Source: an uncultured bacterium (GTDB taxonomy: Bacteria; Zixibacteria; MSB-5A5; CAIYYT01). From it: a stretch of 64,000 nucleotides of DNA. The notes beneath the pieces were generated by a model, which saw only the letters and a list, made by a program, of their open reading frames with translations, had not been told where the DNA came from and did not search any database. Shown piece by piece: positions 10,547 to 22,611 of the stretch (positions are counted from its first letter, which is position 1; each line of letters starts with the position of its first letter). Location: the NCBI GenBank assembly GCA_963726455.1, contig CAVSCK010000005.1, forward strand, positions 448,001-512,000, read 5' to 3'. Both the position numbers and the translations under genes were made by a program.

Positions 10547-12883
10547 ATGATCTACGAATACGGCACAGAACAGATCGATATCCGCGAATCGCTGCCGGTG
10601 TTGCCTGTCCGCGACACCGTGATCTTTCCGTTCATGGTGTCGCCGATGATTGTCGGCAGGCAGTTTTCGATTGATGCGCTTCAGGAAGCGATGATCCGCG
10701 ACAAGCAGATTCTCCTGCTCGCCCAGAAAGACAAGACTGTCGAGACGCCGGGCGGCAATGATCTTTACGATTTCGGCACGGTAGCGCGCATCCTGCAGGT
10801 AATGAAACTCAACAACGGCACCATGAAAGTTCTGGTCGAAGGTCTGAGCCGCGCGAAGGTGCTGCGCCTCAACAAGAACGACGGCTATCTGGCTGCGACC
10901 TTGCGTCTTCAGGTAGATGAGCTCGGAGTTGAGAAGGTACACCTCGAAGCGCTTTCCCGCACCACGCATCGTCGCTTCGCCGATTATGTGGCACTGAACC
11001 GCCGCATTCCCGATGAGGTGATCGCCAACACCAACGATATCGCCAGCGCCAGCCAACTGGCCGACGTGATCGCCGCGCACCTGCAATTGCCGATGGACAA
11101 GCGGCAGGCGGTGCTGGAATCGGTGTCGGTATCGAAGCGTCTGCAAATGCTGACCGAGCTGCTGGCCGCGGAGATCGCCATTCTGGAACTCGAACAAAAG
11201 ATCGACAGCACCGTGCGCGACTCCTTAAGCCAGAACCAGCGCGAATATTATCTCCAAAATCAATTGAAAGCCATCAAAGAAGAACTTGGCCAGGCCGACG
11301 AAGAGGCCGACATCGAAGACTATCGCGCGAAAATCGGCGCCATCCCGCTGCCGGCAGAGGCAGCGAAAAGGGCCGCCGAGGAAGTCGACCGGCTGTCCAA
11401 AATGCATTCCTATTCCGCGGAAGCGAACGTCATCCGCACCTATCTTGACTGGCTGTTGGCATTGCCGTGGAACACCTATTCTGAAGATCGCACCGAGTTT
11501 CATCAGGTCGAAAAGATTCTCAATGCCGAGCATTACGGTCTGGAAAAAGCCAAAGCGCGTATTCTTGAACATCTCGCGGTGATCAAGCTATCTAAGAATG
11601 TCAAAGGCCCGATCCTTTGTCTCGTGGGCCCTCCCGGTGTCGGCAAGACTTCACTCGGCAAATCGGTCGCCAATAGTCTCAACCGCAAATTCGCGCGGAT
11701 GTCGCTTGGCGGCATGCGTGACGAGGCGGAAATTCGCGGGCATCGGCGGACATATATCGGCGCCCTGCCCGGTCGCATTGTGCAGATGCTCAAGAAGACC
11801 AAGACTGCCAATCCAGTGTTCCTGTTGGACGAAGTCGATAAGATCGGCTCCGACTTTCACGGTGATCCCGCGTCGGCATTGCTTGAGGTGCTCGATCCGG
11901 AACAGAATTCCACCTTTCAGGATCACTACCTGGAATGCGAGTTCGACCTTTCGAAGATTCTCTTTATTACCACGGCAAATACAACCGCCGGAATTCCGTT
12001 GCCGCTGTTGGATCGAATGGAGATGATCGAACTTCCCGGCTATCTCGAATACGAGAAGGTCAAAATTGCCGAGCAGTTCCTGATCCCCAAGCAGAAACTC
12101 GAATGCGGCTTGGTCGAATATCGCATTGATCTGCCGACGCCTGTTGTTCAGGCGATCATTCGCGATTACACGCGTGAATCCGGTGTGCGCGAACTGGAAC
12201 GCAAGATCGGAACCATCTTCCGCCAGATCGCTCAACGAATCGCCCGCGGTGACAAGAAGAAGCGTTTTGCAGTTAGTGCTGCCGATCTTAAGACCTATCT
12301 CGGCGCGCGCAAATATCATGAACTGGAAGCCGGCAAAGCACTGCCCGGACGCGCGATCGGTCTGGCCTGGACGCGTGCGGGTGGTGAGATTCTGCCCGTT
12401 GAAGTCGCCTTGACCGAAGGCACCGGCCGCGTGACTTTGACCGGCAAGCTGGGCGAGGTTATGCAGGAATCGGCGCGGGCTGCGTTGACATATCTGAAAT
12501 TCGACGCCAAGCGCCTGAAAATTGCTCCCGACAAATTCAAGAATCTTGATGTGCACCTGCATTTTCCCGAAGGCGCGGTACCAAAAGATGGCCCTTCGGC
12601 GGGAATAACTATGCTCGTGGCTCTGGCATCCGCGTATCTGAGAAAGGCGCCTGCCGGTGATCTCGCCTACTCGGGGGAAATAACCCTTTCCGGTGAAGTG
12701 CTTCCTGTGGGCGGACTTAATGCCAAACTAATTGCCGCGGTTCGCGCCGGAATTAAGACAGTCGTTGTGCCGCATAGCAATAGGCCGGATATCGACGATT
12801 TGCCCAGGGAACTGACTTCCCAACTCAAAATCATTTTTGCTAAACGGGCCCCGGAAGTTTTAAAGCTTGCCTTTCCGAAGTAG
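10547..12883 (+). CDS. lon: Endopeptidase La
   Basis: LPVLPVRD N-domain, GPPGVGKTS, RGHRRTYIGA, PKDGPSAG. Confidence 0.97.
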   Translation: MIYEYGTEQIDIRESLPVLPVRDTVIFPFMVSPMIVGRQFSIDALQEAMIRDKQILLLAQKDKTVETPGGNDLYDFGTVARILQVMKLNNGTMKVLVEGLSRAKVLRLNKNDGYLAATLRLQVDELGVEKVHLEALSRTTHRRFADYVALNRRIPDEVIANTNDIASASQLADVIAAHLQLPMDKRQAVLESVSVSKRLQMLTELLAAEIAILELEQKIDSTVRDSLSQNQREYYLQNQLKAIKEELGQADEEADIEDYRAKIGAIPLPAEAAKRAAEEVDRLSKMHSYSAEANVIRTYLDWLLALPWNTYSEDRTEFHQVEKILNAEHYGLEKAKARILEHLAVIKLSKNVKGPILCLVGPPGVGKTSLGKSVANSLNRKFARMSLGGMRDEAEIRGHRRTYIGALPGRIVQMLKKTKTANPVFLLDEVDKIGSDFHGDPASALLEVLDPEQNSTFQDHYLECEFDLSKILFITTANTTAGIPLPLLDRMEMIELPGYLEYEKVKIAEQFLIPKQKLECGLVEYRIDLPTPVVQAIIRDYTRESGVRELERKIGTIFRQIAQRIARGDKKKRFAVSAADLKTYLGARKYHELEAGKALPGRAIGLAWTRAGGEILPVEVALTEGTGRVTLTGKLGEVMQESARAALTYLKFDAKRLKIAPDKFKNLDVHLHFPEGAVPKDGPSAGITMLVALASAYLRKAPAGDLAYSGEITLSGEVLPVGGLNAKLIAAVRAGIKTVVVPHSNRPDIDDLPRELTSQLKIIFAKRAPEVLKLAFPK

Positions 12884-12925
12884 TTTTCCTACCTTCAATC
12901 ACCGGTGAAATTGTAAGAGGATTTT

Positions 12926-14809
<1,884 letters not shown>

Positions 14810-14875
14810 GGAACCTGCCCGCCGAATTCTAGCGGTGGCGTAAGCCCTTGGCACGTTATTAGTTTCAGATTTCCG

Positions 14876-14920
14876 TTGACAGATATCCGGCAAATGCTAT
14901 ATTTCGTCAAGTAACGAAAT
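14876..14920 (+). promoter_or_regulatory. Sigma70-type promoter with ArsR-like operator
   Basis: TTGACA(14876)-16 bp-TATATT(14898), overlapped by palindrome ATTTCGT-N6-ACGAAAT (14901-14920). Confidence 0.7.
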
Positions 14921-15040
14921 GAGGATCAGCCGCGTCTGGCAATGACAAAGTGGCATTTACAGGCGGCAGGTTCGCGGTGAAAGAGCATATTACTTTAGAA
15001 TGACTGTTTCAACTACAAACCCCACCGACGAGGAGTGACT

Positions 15041-15793
15041 ATGTCTGTCGTCAAGATCATGGCAATGTTTATGCTTTTGGTTTTCAGTGCGAGTCAGGCG
15101 ATTGCCGCGACTACTGATGAAATCGCCAAAGCTTCAGAAAAGAAGAAAACTGTATTCTTGCTCGTAACTGATCCGGGCTCACAGGGTATCGAACAAGCCA
15201 GAGAGTTGATTAAATCCGCCTGCAAGCAAGTCAAGAATTCGACGATGATTGAATTCGACCGCTCGAACCAGGCAAACGCGGCTCTCGTAGGACAATATCG
15301 TCTCGCCGGTGCGCCGCTGCCTTTGATCCTGCTGCTGGCGCGCAATGGCGCCGTGGCCGGTGGTGTTCCAGCCGGACAAGCCACTGCGGAACAGTTGGCC
15401 AAGATGGTTCCCACCGACAGTAAAGCTGAAGTCCTCAAAGCCGTCCAGTCCGGGCAGTCGGTATTGGTGACCGCCACCAGCAAACGCATGCCCAAAGAAA
15501 GCAAAGCTTCCAGCGCCTGTGCCGCCGCCTGCAGCCAAATGCAGGGCAAGTGCTCCTCGGTTAGTCTTGATCTTGATGACGAAGACGAACTGCCGTTCCT
15601 GACCGAGTTGAAAATCAACCCACAGGCAACGGAACCGGTAACCGTCGTAATCAACGCCCAGGGCCAGGTGACCGGATCATTTCTGGGCGCCGTCCAGGTC
15701 GGTAGTCTGGTACAGGCCGCGACCAAGAAGATTGGCGGCTGTTGCCCCGGCGGCAGCAGTAGCAGCAGCGGCTGTGCTCCGGCCAAGAAGTAG
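15041..15793 (+). CDS. Exported protein with two tandem thioredoxin-like folds and a Cys-rich tail
   Basis: Signal peptide; internal duplication (KA..K.TVFLLV / KA..GQSVLVT; P.ILLL..NG.V / P.TVVIN.QG.V); CAAAC and GGCCPGG..GC. Confidence 0.7.
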   Translation: MSVVKIMAMFMLLVFSASQAIAATTDEIAKASEKKKTVFLLVTDPGSQGIEQARELIKSACKQVKNSTMIEFDRSNQANAALVGQYRLAGAPLPLILLLARNGAVAGGVPAGQATAEQLAKMVPTDSKAEVLKAVQSGQSVLVTATSKRMPKESKASSACAAACSQMQGKCSSVSLDLDDEDELPFLTELKINPQATEPVTVVINAQGQVTGSFLGAVQVGSLVQAATKKIGGCCPGGSSSSSGCAPAKK

Positions 15794-15803
15794 CGTGCGA
15801 TAA

Positions 15804-17033
15804 TTGAATACGAAATTCAGTTTCACTACCCTGATCTGGCGTGAACTCTGGCAACGCAAGTCGCGCCTCATTTCGGGATTGCTCACTATCACGCTCGGCA
15901 TCGCGGTCATTGTTGGCATCGAATCCGTAACCAGTGTATCCCGCGAGGTTGTTGCGAAGAAGCTCGATCTGCTGGGCGCCAACATCCTCGTATTGCCCCA
16001 GGCAGCGTCCGTCGACGACTATTATTCAGCAGACATCGACGCTCCGACTTTCCCCGAAGAATATGTCGAGCGCATTGCGACCTCGATGCTTCCCGGTGTT
16101 GACAATCTTTCGCCCAAGCTCAGTCGCCGCATCAAAGTCTCCGGCTATCCTGTCGTACTGACCGGCATACTTCCTCAAAGCGAGTTGGCCTCGAAGCCGA
16201 TTTGGCAGTCATCGGGGTTGATGGCTGCCGAGCTGCAGGTGGCCTGCGCCACCTCGAGCAATCCTGCCGACACGACACGGCTTGACCCGAGTCTCAAACG
16301 GGCAACTGTCGATTCTCTATCTGCATCGGAAGTCTGGATCGGCAGCACGGTCGCCGAACGGCTTAAGCTCTCGACCGGCTCCAGCGTGCAATTGGAGGGA
16401 AAGCCGTTCACAGTGGTACATGTGCTGCCGGAGAACGGTACCGTCGATGATAACCGCATCTTCGCGCACCTCCACAGCGTGCAACAACTATTGGGAACAG
16501 GCGAACAAACCAGCGCCATCGAGATCATGGGGTGCTGCAGCGCCATTTCCGATGGGCTGCTCGGCAAGCTGAGAAACATTCTGCCGGACACGAAAATCAC
16601 GACCATCAACAATATCGTTAACACCCAGATCGAGACCAACAAGCTCATGCTCAAAGTCTCGCTGATTCTGCTGGTGATCATCGTCATTGTCGGCGGAATC
16701 GCAATCGGCAATTACATGTGGGCGAACGTCGAGGAAAGGCGCAAGGAAATCGGCACTTTGATAACAATCGGATTCACGCGCGCGCGAATCTATCGACTGT
16801 TTCTTGCCAAGTCCCTGATCCTTGGATTCGTCGGCGGAGTTCTTGGTTTTGCGCTCGGCACGCTGGCCGCCGTGATATTAGGCCCGCAACTGGCCGGCCT
16901 GCAAATCCGTCCTGTACCGATCTACTTGTTCTGGTCACTGATTGTGGCCATAGCTATCGCGATCGCAGGCAGTTGGTATCCGGTCTATCGCGCCGCACGG
17001 CTTGACCCGGCGCTGATCATGCAGGAAATCTGA
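15804..17033 (+). CDS. MacB/FtsX-like ABC transporter permease
   Basis: One N-terminal TM, large periplasmic domain, ERRKEIG motif, three C-terminal TMs, PVYRAARLDP. Confidence 0.9.
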   Translation: MNTKFSFTTLIWRELWQRKSRLISGLLTITLGIAVIVGIESVTSVSREVVAKKLDLLGANILVLPQAASVDDYYSADIDAPTFPEEYVERIATSMLPGVDNLSPKLSRRIKVSGYPVVLTGILPQSELASKPIWQSSGLMAAELQVACATSSNPADTTRLDPSLKRATVDSLSASEVWIGSTVAERLKLSTGSSVQLEGKPFTVVHVLPENGTVDDNRIFAHLHSVQQLLGTGEQTSAIEIMGCCSAISDGLLGKLRNILPDTKITTINNIVNTQIETNKLMLKVSLILLVIIVIVGGIAIGNYMWANVEERRKEIGTLITIGFTRARIYRLFLAKSLILGFVGGVLGFALGTLAAVILGPQLAGLQIRPVPIYLFWSLIVAIAIAIAGSWYPVYRAARLDPALIMQEI

Positions 17034-17035
17034 CC

Positions 17036-17701
17036 ATGTATAAACTCGACAAGCTCACCAAGATCTATGCGCGCCGCGACGCCGAAGTCTGTGCTCTCGA
17101 CGGGGTCACTCTTCAAATCCAGCCGGGCAGTTTCGTGGTCGTGACCGGTGGTTCGGGCTCGGGGAAAACGACATTGCTGCTCACATTGGGTGGCATCATT
17201 CATCCCACCTCCGGATCGCTTCTGATCAAAGGCCAAGACTTGTACGGCTACTCCGCGAATGAATTGGCGGACTACCGGAACCGCACCATCGGATTTGTCC
17301 TGCAAACATTCAATCTCGTTCCCTATTTGACGGTGCTCGAAAACGTGATGGTGCCCATGCTGTTGAGCACTCGTAATGGAGACGGACGTGAATCGCGGGC
17401 TGCCAAATTGCTGGCACAGGTCGGTCTTGACAATCGACAGCAATTTCTGCCGCGCGAATTGTCGGTCGGACAGCAGCAGCGCGTGGCAATCGCCCGGGCA
17501 CTGGCGAACGACCCCGAGGTCATCCTCGCTGACGAGCCGACCGGCAATCTTGATCCCACTCTGTCTGGCGAAATTCTGACCATTCTGAAGGATTTAAATC
17601 TGCGGGAAAAACGTACGATCATCATGGTGACACATAGCCCTCAGGCCGCAGAGTTTGGTACCGCGCGCTTCCACCTTGACAATGGGAAGTTGGCCGCGTG
17701 A
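17036..17701 (+). CDS. ABC transporter ATP-binding protein (LolD/MacB type)
   Basis: GGSGSGKTT, LSVGQQQRV, ILADEPTGNLD. Confidence 0.95.
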   Translation: MYKLDKLTKIYARRDAEVCALDGVTLQIQPGSFVVVTGGSGSGKTTLLLTLGGIIHPTSGSLLIKGQDLYGYSANELADYRNRTIGFVLQTFNLVPYLTVLENVMVPMLLSTRNGDGRESRAAKLLAQVGLDNRQQFLPRELSVGQQQRVAIARALANDPEVILADEPTGNLDPTLSGEILTILKDLNLREKRTIIMVTHSPQAAEFGTARFHLDNGKLAA

Positions 17702-18108
17702 AATCTGCGTACGTATCTCCCGGTATTGCGACTGAATCGAAGCGTACTGGTAATCGCCTGCGTCACGTTCTGGAAGTCCACAAAGCCCTATCCGACTCTA
17801 ATCGCCTGCGAGCGTTGCTGGCCTTGAAAGGGCGCGAACTCTGCGTCTGTCAGATCACCGAATTGCTGCAGCTCGCTCCCTCGACCGTGTCCAAACACCT
17901 TTCCATTCTCAAACAGGCGCGGCTGGTCGAAATGCGAAAGGTTGGCCGCTGGATCTACTATCGCCTGACTGAACCCGACTCTGCTTCCGCCGAATTAATC
18001 CGCTTTCTGGAAACGTCTCTTGCCGACGATCGACAAATCAGGGATGATCGCAAACGTTTGAAGGATATTCTCAAGATCGACCCGGACACTCTATGCCGTC
18101 GGATGTGA
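17698..18108 (+). CDS. arsR: ArsR/SmtB family metalloregulator
   Basis: KALSDSNRL..ELCVCQI..STVSKHLSIL..GRWIYY. Confidence 0.9.
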   Translation: MKSAYVSPGIATESKRTGNRLRHVLEVHKALSDSNRLRALLALKGRELCVCQITELLQLAPSTVSKHLSILKQARLVEMRKVGRWIYYRLTEPDSASAELIRFLETSLADDRQIRDDRKRLKDILKIDPDTLCRRM

Positions 18109-18548
18109 ATAAGAAGCGCATTCTATTTCTATGTACTGGCAACTCCTGCCGCAGCCAGATGGCAGAGGGCTGGTTGCGCCATTTGTACGGCGATCAATTC
18201 GAAGCATTTTCCGCCGGTGTGGATATCAAACCGGTTGACCCACTCGCTGTCAAAGCCATGGCTGAGGCCGGCGTGGACATATCAAAGCAACAAGCCAAAC
18301 ACGTTCGCGATCTGCTGAAAATTCCCTTCGACCTGGTTGTCACCGTCTGTGATCAAGCGCGCGAGCAATGCCCAACTTTTCCCGGTAACATTAGAATGAT
18401 TCACATGAGTTTCGACGATCCGCCGTTCCTGGCGCGTGACACAAGATCGGAACCGGAAGCACTCAGCCACTATCGCCGCGTGAGGGACGAGATCAGAATG
18501 TTTGTTATCGAACTGCCAGGATTAGTGAACGAAGGAGTGAATTCGTGA
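18105..18548 (+). CDS. arsC: Arsenate reductase, thioredoxin-coupled LMW-PTP type
   Basis: [32 protein letters not shown]. Confidence 0.93.
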   Translation: MNKKRILFLCTGNSCRSQMAEGWLRHLYGDQFEAFSAGVDIKPVDPLAVKAMAEAGVDISKQQAKHVRDLLKIPFDLVVTVCDQAREQCPTFPGNIRMIHMSFDDPPFLARDTRSEPEALSHYRRVRDEIRMFVIELPGLVNEGVNS

Positions 18549-19609
18549 CTAAGGGCGCAGGTATATCTCAAAGACTCTCCTTTCTCGATCGTTTCCTGAC
18601 CTTGTGGATCTTTCTCGGGATGGGTGTCGGAGTCGGTATCGGCTATGTTTTCCCCGCAGTCGAATCGGTGATCAATCGCTTTCAGATAGGCACCACCAAC
18701 ATTCTCATCGCCATCGGACTGATTCTCATGATGTACCCGCCTTTGGCTAAGGTCCGCTACGAGGAGATGGGCGACGTCTTTCGCAATTGGCGCGTCCTGG
18801 CGATATCGCTGCTGCAAAACTGGGTCATCGGACCGATCCTGATGTTCGTGCTGGCCATAACATTTCTGAGCGGCTATCCCGATTACATGGTCGGATTGAT
18901 CATGATCGGCCTTGCGCGCTGCATCGCCATGGTGATAGTCTGGAATGATCTCGCCGGTGGCGACAAAGAATACGCTGCCGGATTGGTTGCGTTCAACAGT
19001 GTGTTTCAGGTGCTCTTCTACAGTTTATACGCATACATCTTCATCACGGTATTGCCCCCGCTGCTTGGACTAAAGGGAAGTATCGTCCAAGTCAGTATGT
19101 CCCAGATCGCCAAGAGCGTCTTCGTCTACCTCGGCATTCCCTTCATTGCCGGCATCATAACGAGATTCGCTTTGATCAAGGCCAAAGGCAAGGACTGGTA
19201 TCACAAGTCGTTCATTCCACTTATCAGCCCGATTACTCTGATCTCCCTGCTATTTACGATTCTGGTCATGTTCAGTCTCAAGGGGAACATGATCGTGCAG
19301 ATACCGTTGGATGTGCTGCGAATCGCCATTCCACTGTTGATCTACTTCGTCGTCATGTTCCTGGTGAGTTTCTGGCTAAGTTACAAAATCGGCGCCGACT
19401 ATCCGCGTGCCGCCACTTTGTCGTTTACAGCCGCAAGCAACAATTTCGAGTTGGCAATTGCCGTTGCCGTCGCGGTATTCGGAATCAACTCAGGCGCGGC
19501 GTTTGCGGCGGTTATCGGACCCCTGGTCGAAGTGCCGGTATTGATCAGTCTGGTAAACGTGTCGCTCTATTTCCGCAAACGTTATTTCGTGCCACAGGCA
19601 GCCAGGTAG
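18545..19609 (+). CDS. acr3: ACR3 family arsenite efflux transporter
   Basis: [39 protein letters not shown]. Confidence 0.96.
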   Translation: MTKGAGISQRLSFLDRFLTLWIFLGMGVGVGIGYVFPAVESVINRFQIGTTNILIAIGLILMMYPPLAKVRYEEMGDVFRNWRVLAISLLQNWVIGPILMFVLAITFLSGYPDYMVGLIMIGLARCIAMVIVWNDLAGGDKEYAAGLVAFNSVFQVLFYSLYAYIFITVLPPLLGLKGSIVQVSMSQIAKSVFVYLGIPFIAGIITRFALIKAKGKDWYHKSFIPLISPITLISLLFTILVMFSLKGNMIVQIPLDVLRIAIPLLIYFVVMFLVSFWLSYKIGADYPRAATLSFTAASNNFELAIAVAVAVFGINSGAAFAAVIGPLVEVPVLISLVNVSLYFRKRYFVPQAAR

Positions 19610-19631
19610 CATCAGAGAAAGGCGCCGCCAA

Positions 19632-20378
19632 TTGAAGTTCGGGACAATCGTAATTGCGACACTGATTGCGCTCAGCGTGCTTTTCGCGACACGATCGACC
19701 GCCGCGGGTCCGCTACTCAAACTGCCTGAAGCTGAATTTGACTTCGGTTATGTGCCGCAGGGGTCCAAGGTGACTCATGTGTTCTGGTTGTACTCGGTCG
19801 GTACCGACACTCTAAAGATTATTCGCGTCAATCCCGGCTGAGGGTGTACTCAGGCGCCGCTTGAAAAGCAGGTGCTTGCTGTCGGTGACAGCACTAAACT
19901 CGAAATCATTTTCAGCGCCGGCAACAAACCGGGAATCGTCACCAAAGGGCCGGTCATTACGACCAACGAAGGACTGCCCGACAAGCGCGTAGTCATCAAG
20001 ACCAATATCGAAGCCAACCCTGACTCGACCTTTCCCATCGTAATCACGCCGCCGAAGCTGGAATTCAAGCAGATGGGGGACTCAATGCCTGAAGAATTGG
20101 ATTTTACCCTGAGCAATAAGTCTCGAAACACGGTGACGCCGAAACTAGTTAGTTCGTCTTTGCCGACGGCAACCGTGATTCTGCCCGGTGCGATACCTCC
20201 GGGCAAATCGGCGACGGGCACGATCAGAATCCCGAAAGCCGGGCCCCGGGCCGGTCAGGAAAAATCGATTACGATAGTACTCGACGACTCCGACAAAACC
20301 CGCTTTACGATTCCTGTGAAAATCACTTTTGCCGGGAAGATTATACCTCCCGGAAAACGGTTTGGTGAGGGTTACTGA
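19632..20378 (+). CDS. DUF1573 (Ig-like) exported protein, candidate selenoprotein with in-frame TGA at 19839-19841
   Basis: ORFs 19632-19841 and 19872-20378 are in the same frame. Read-through gives FDFG...TLKIIRVNPG-U-GCT...LAVGDSTKLEI, matching the DUF1573 CGCT motif; a hairpin follows at 19851-19878. Confidence 0.8.
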
Positions 20379-20434
20379 CGGCTGATCTGGCAAGCGTCGG
20401 TCCAAATTGCGGTTACAGATTCTAAATCTTCCAT

Positions 20435-20471
20435 TTGACTTGTTCGACTATTTGCCTATATTGCCAAATAG
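20435..20471 (+). promoter_or_regulatory. Promoter with ArsR-like operator for the second ars unit
   Basis: TTGACT(20435)-16 bp-TATATT(20457); palindrome CTATTTG-N10-CAAATAG (20448-20471). Confidence 0.65.
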
Positions 20472-20496
20472 GAATACAACCCCGAGGGTAATTTTA

Positions 20497-20817
20497 ATGG
20501 ATGCAAAGACCAAAGCCCGTTTCGAATCCAAAGCCAGAATCATCAAAGCGATGGCTCACCCGACCCGGCTGTTCATCGTTGACGAGCTGTCCAAGAAGAG
20601 CCGCTGTGTTTGTGAGTTGACGGAAATGATCGGCGCCGATACTTCCACTACGTCCAAACACTTGTCCATTCTAAGAGCCGCGGGTATTGTCCAGGACGAA
20701 AAACGCGGCTTGCAGGTTTGGTATACTCTCAAGGTGCCCTGCATCCTGAAGTTCTTCGGCTGCGTGGAACAGGTGCAGAAATTGTCCGCGAAAGAACAAT
20801 TGGCCGCACTCGATTAA
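20497..20817 (+). CDS. arsR: ArsR/SmtB family metalloregulator (second copy)
   Basis: KAMAHPTRL, RCVCEL, SKHLSIL, VPC..FFGCV. Confidence 0.9.
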   Translation: MDAKTKARFESKARIIKAMAHPTRLFIVDELSKKSRCVCELTEMIGADTSTTSKHLSILRAAGIVQDEKRGLQVWYTLKVPCILKFFGCVEQVQKLSAKEQLAALD

Positions 20818-20871
20818 TGGTGATGCTTTGAGATATCTGAGTGAATGTTCGGCCGCACGGGGACACGCCTA

Positions 20872-21819
20872 ATGTTGCAGCAATTTGCTGACTATCTCGT
20901 ATTCACGCTGCTTGGACTTGATCCCAGTACACGGGTGGCTCTTGCGCTCGACTTCTTCATCTACGACACCATCAAGATATTCCTGTTACTGGCAACCATC
21001 ATCTTCTGCGTGGCCGTTATCCGATCCTATTTCTCGCCCGAAAAGACACGGCGCTTCCTGTCGCACGGCAGAGAGTACCTGGGAAACATACTGGCTGCAC
21101 TCCTTGGCATTGTGACTCCGTTCTGCTCTTGTTCGGCCGTGCCACTTTTCATCGGCTTTGTCGAATCAGGAATCCCGCTTGGAGTGACTTTCTCGTTTCT
21201 CGTGTCGTCACCGATGGTCAATGAAGTGGCGTTGATAATGCTGTGGGGACTATTCGGCTGGAAGATAGCCCTGATCTACATCGGTACGGGCGTCGCCGTC
21301 GCCATTGTCTCAGGCATCGTGATCGGCCGACTGCGGATGGAACGCTTTGTTCAGGACTACGTCTACTCGCTGAAGATCGGTGAGAGCGCAATCGCGGAGC
21401 AAACCTTCCGCGACAGATTGGTGTATGCCCGCAGCTACACCGCCACATTGCTCAAGAAGATTTGGCCCTATATCTTAATCGGCGTCGGCATCGGCGGGTT
21501 CATCCACGGATATGTGCCTGACGGATTTCTTCTGAAATACGCCGGTCCCGAAAATCCTTTTGCTGTTCCGATAGCCGTGGCAATAGGAGTGCCGTTGTAC
21601 AGCAACGCTGCAGGTGTCATACCTATCGTGCAAGCGCTGATGGGCAAAGGAATGGCTGCCGGAACCGTGCTGGCCTTCATGATGGCGGTGACGGCCCTAT
21701 CACTGCCGGAGGCAATAATACTGAAAAATGTGCTCAAGATGCGGTTACTCATAACCTTCTTCGGCATTGTCGCCGTCGCCATTACCTTGACAGGATACTT
21801 GTTCAACGCCATCCTATGA
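20872..21819 (+). CDS. arsP: ArsP-family (DUF318) permease
   Basis: TPFCSCSAVP, SSPMVNE, GVPLYSN, LSLPE. Confidence 0.85.
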   Translation: MLQQFADYLVFTLLGLDPSTRVALALDFFIYDTIKIFLLLATIIFCVAVIRSYFSPEKTRRFLSHGREYLGNILAALLGIVTPFCSCSAVPLFIGFVESGIPLGVTFSFLVSSPMVNEVALIMLWGLFGWKIALIYIGTGVAVAIVSGIVIGRLRMERFVQDYVYSLKIGESAIAEQTFRDRLVYARSYTATLLKKIWPYILIGVGIGGFIHGYVPDGFLLKYAGPENPFAVPIAVAIGVPLYSNAAGVIPIVQALMGKGMAAGTVLAFMMAVTALSLPEAIILKNVLKMRLLITFFGIVAVAITLTGYLFNAIL

Positions 21820-21847
21820 TATCAGGATTGACGAAGAGGAGAACGAT

Positions 21848-22081
21848 ATGAAGATTGAAGTGCTGGGAACCGGCTGTTCGCGCTGCAAAAAACTGCACGA
21901 AAACGCCATGCAGGCGGTGATCGCCGCCGACATTGACGCCGACGTCGTCAAGGTTGAGGATATGAAAGAAATCCTGCGCTACGGCGTCATGGCGACACCG
22001 GCTCTGGTAATTGATGGTGTCGTCAAAAGCACAGGAGCCGTCCCTTCGCCCGCAGAGATTCGCAAGCTGCTGGGCAAGTAG
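21848..22081 (+). CDS. Small thioredoxin-family redox-active disulfide protein
   Basis: MKIEVLGTGCSRC...YGVMATPALVIDG. Confidence 0.9.
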   Translation: MKIEVLGTGCSRCKKLHENAMQAVIAADIDADVVKVEDMKEILRYGVMATPALVIDGVVKSTGAVPSPAEIRKLLGK

Positions 22082-22149
22082 GTGAATGCTATAGTTTCCT
22101 GAGGTCGAAACGAATTGAAATCTGATAACGTTGTGAATTGCAGGTAATC

Positions 22150-22611
22150 ATGAACCCTAAGAAATTAGCCACAATCTTGCTCGGCATCTTTGTGCTGGCT
22201 AGCTTCGTCGGCCTCACGCTCAAGGAATTCTCGGGCGAGAAGGCCGCGTCGCAAACCACTCAGATCAAGGGCACCAAGGTAGTCGCATACTATTTCCACG
22301 GCGCCAAACGCTGCCCAACTTGTATGAAGATCGAGCGCTTTTCCCGCACCGCCGTTGATTCGTTCTTCACTCCGGCGATCAAATCGGGCGATCTCGAATT
22401 TATCACGCTGAATTACGACGAGCCGCAGTACGAGCACTACTGGACCGACTTCAAACTCACGGCGCAGTCGCTTGTGCTCGTCCGCTTTACCGACGGCAAA
22501 CAAGAGAGTTGGGAAAACCTGACACAGATCTGGGATTTGGTCGGTGACGAAGCGCAGTTCTATTCTTACGTCCAGGAGGGTATCGGACGCTTTCTGAAAG
22601 AACTGCCTTGA
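22150..22611 (+). CDS. ArsF-family thioredoxin-like protein
   Basis: N-terminal anchor; VVAYYFHGAKRCPTC; positioned upstream of the ArsG-like gene. Confidence 0.75.
   Translation: MNPKKLATILLGIFVLASFVGLTLKEFSGEKAASQTTQIKGTKVVAYYFHGAKRCPTCMKIERFSRTAVDSFFTPAIKSGDLEFITLNYDEPQYEHYWTDFKLTAQSLVLVRFTDGKQESWENLTQIWDLVGDEAQFYSYVQEGIGRFLKELP

Noticed and set aside
11651-12562. Long antisense ORFs (e.g. 11651-12562, 10415-11197, 15094-15786, 44563-45201, 45357-46025)
   Set aside because: They are shadows of well-supported genes on the opposite strand in GC-rich DNA and have no motifs.
15757-15768. Short AGC/AGT run as a variable tandem repeat
   Set aside because: It only encodes a five-Ser linker and is too short and impure.
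17699-22611. Other TGA stops in the ars locus as selenocysteine codons
   Set aside because: They fall at expected protein ends, several overlapping the next start codon, with no in-frame homologous continuation.
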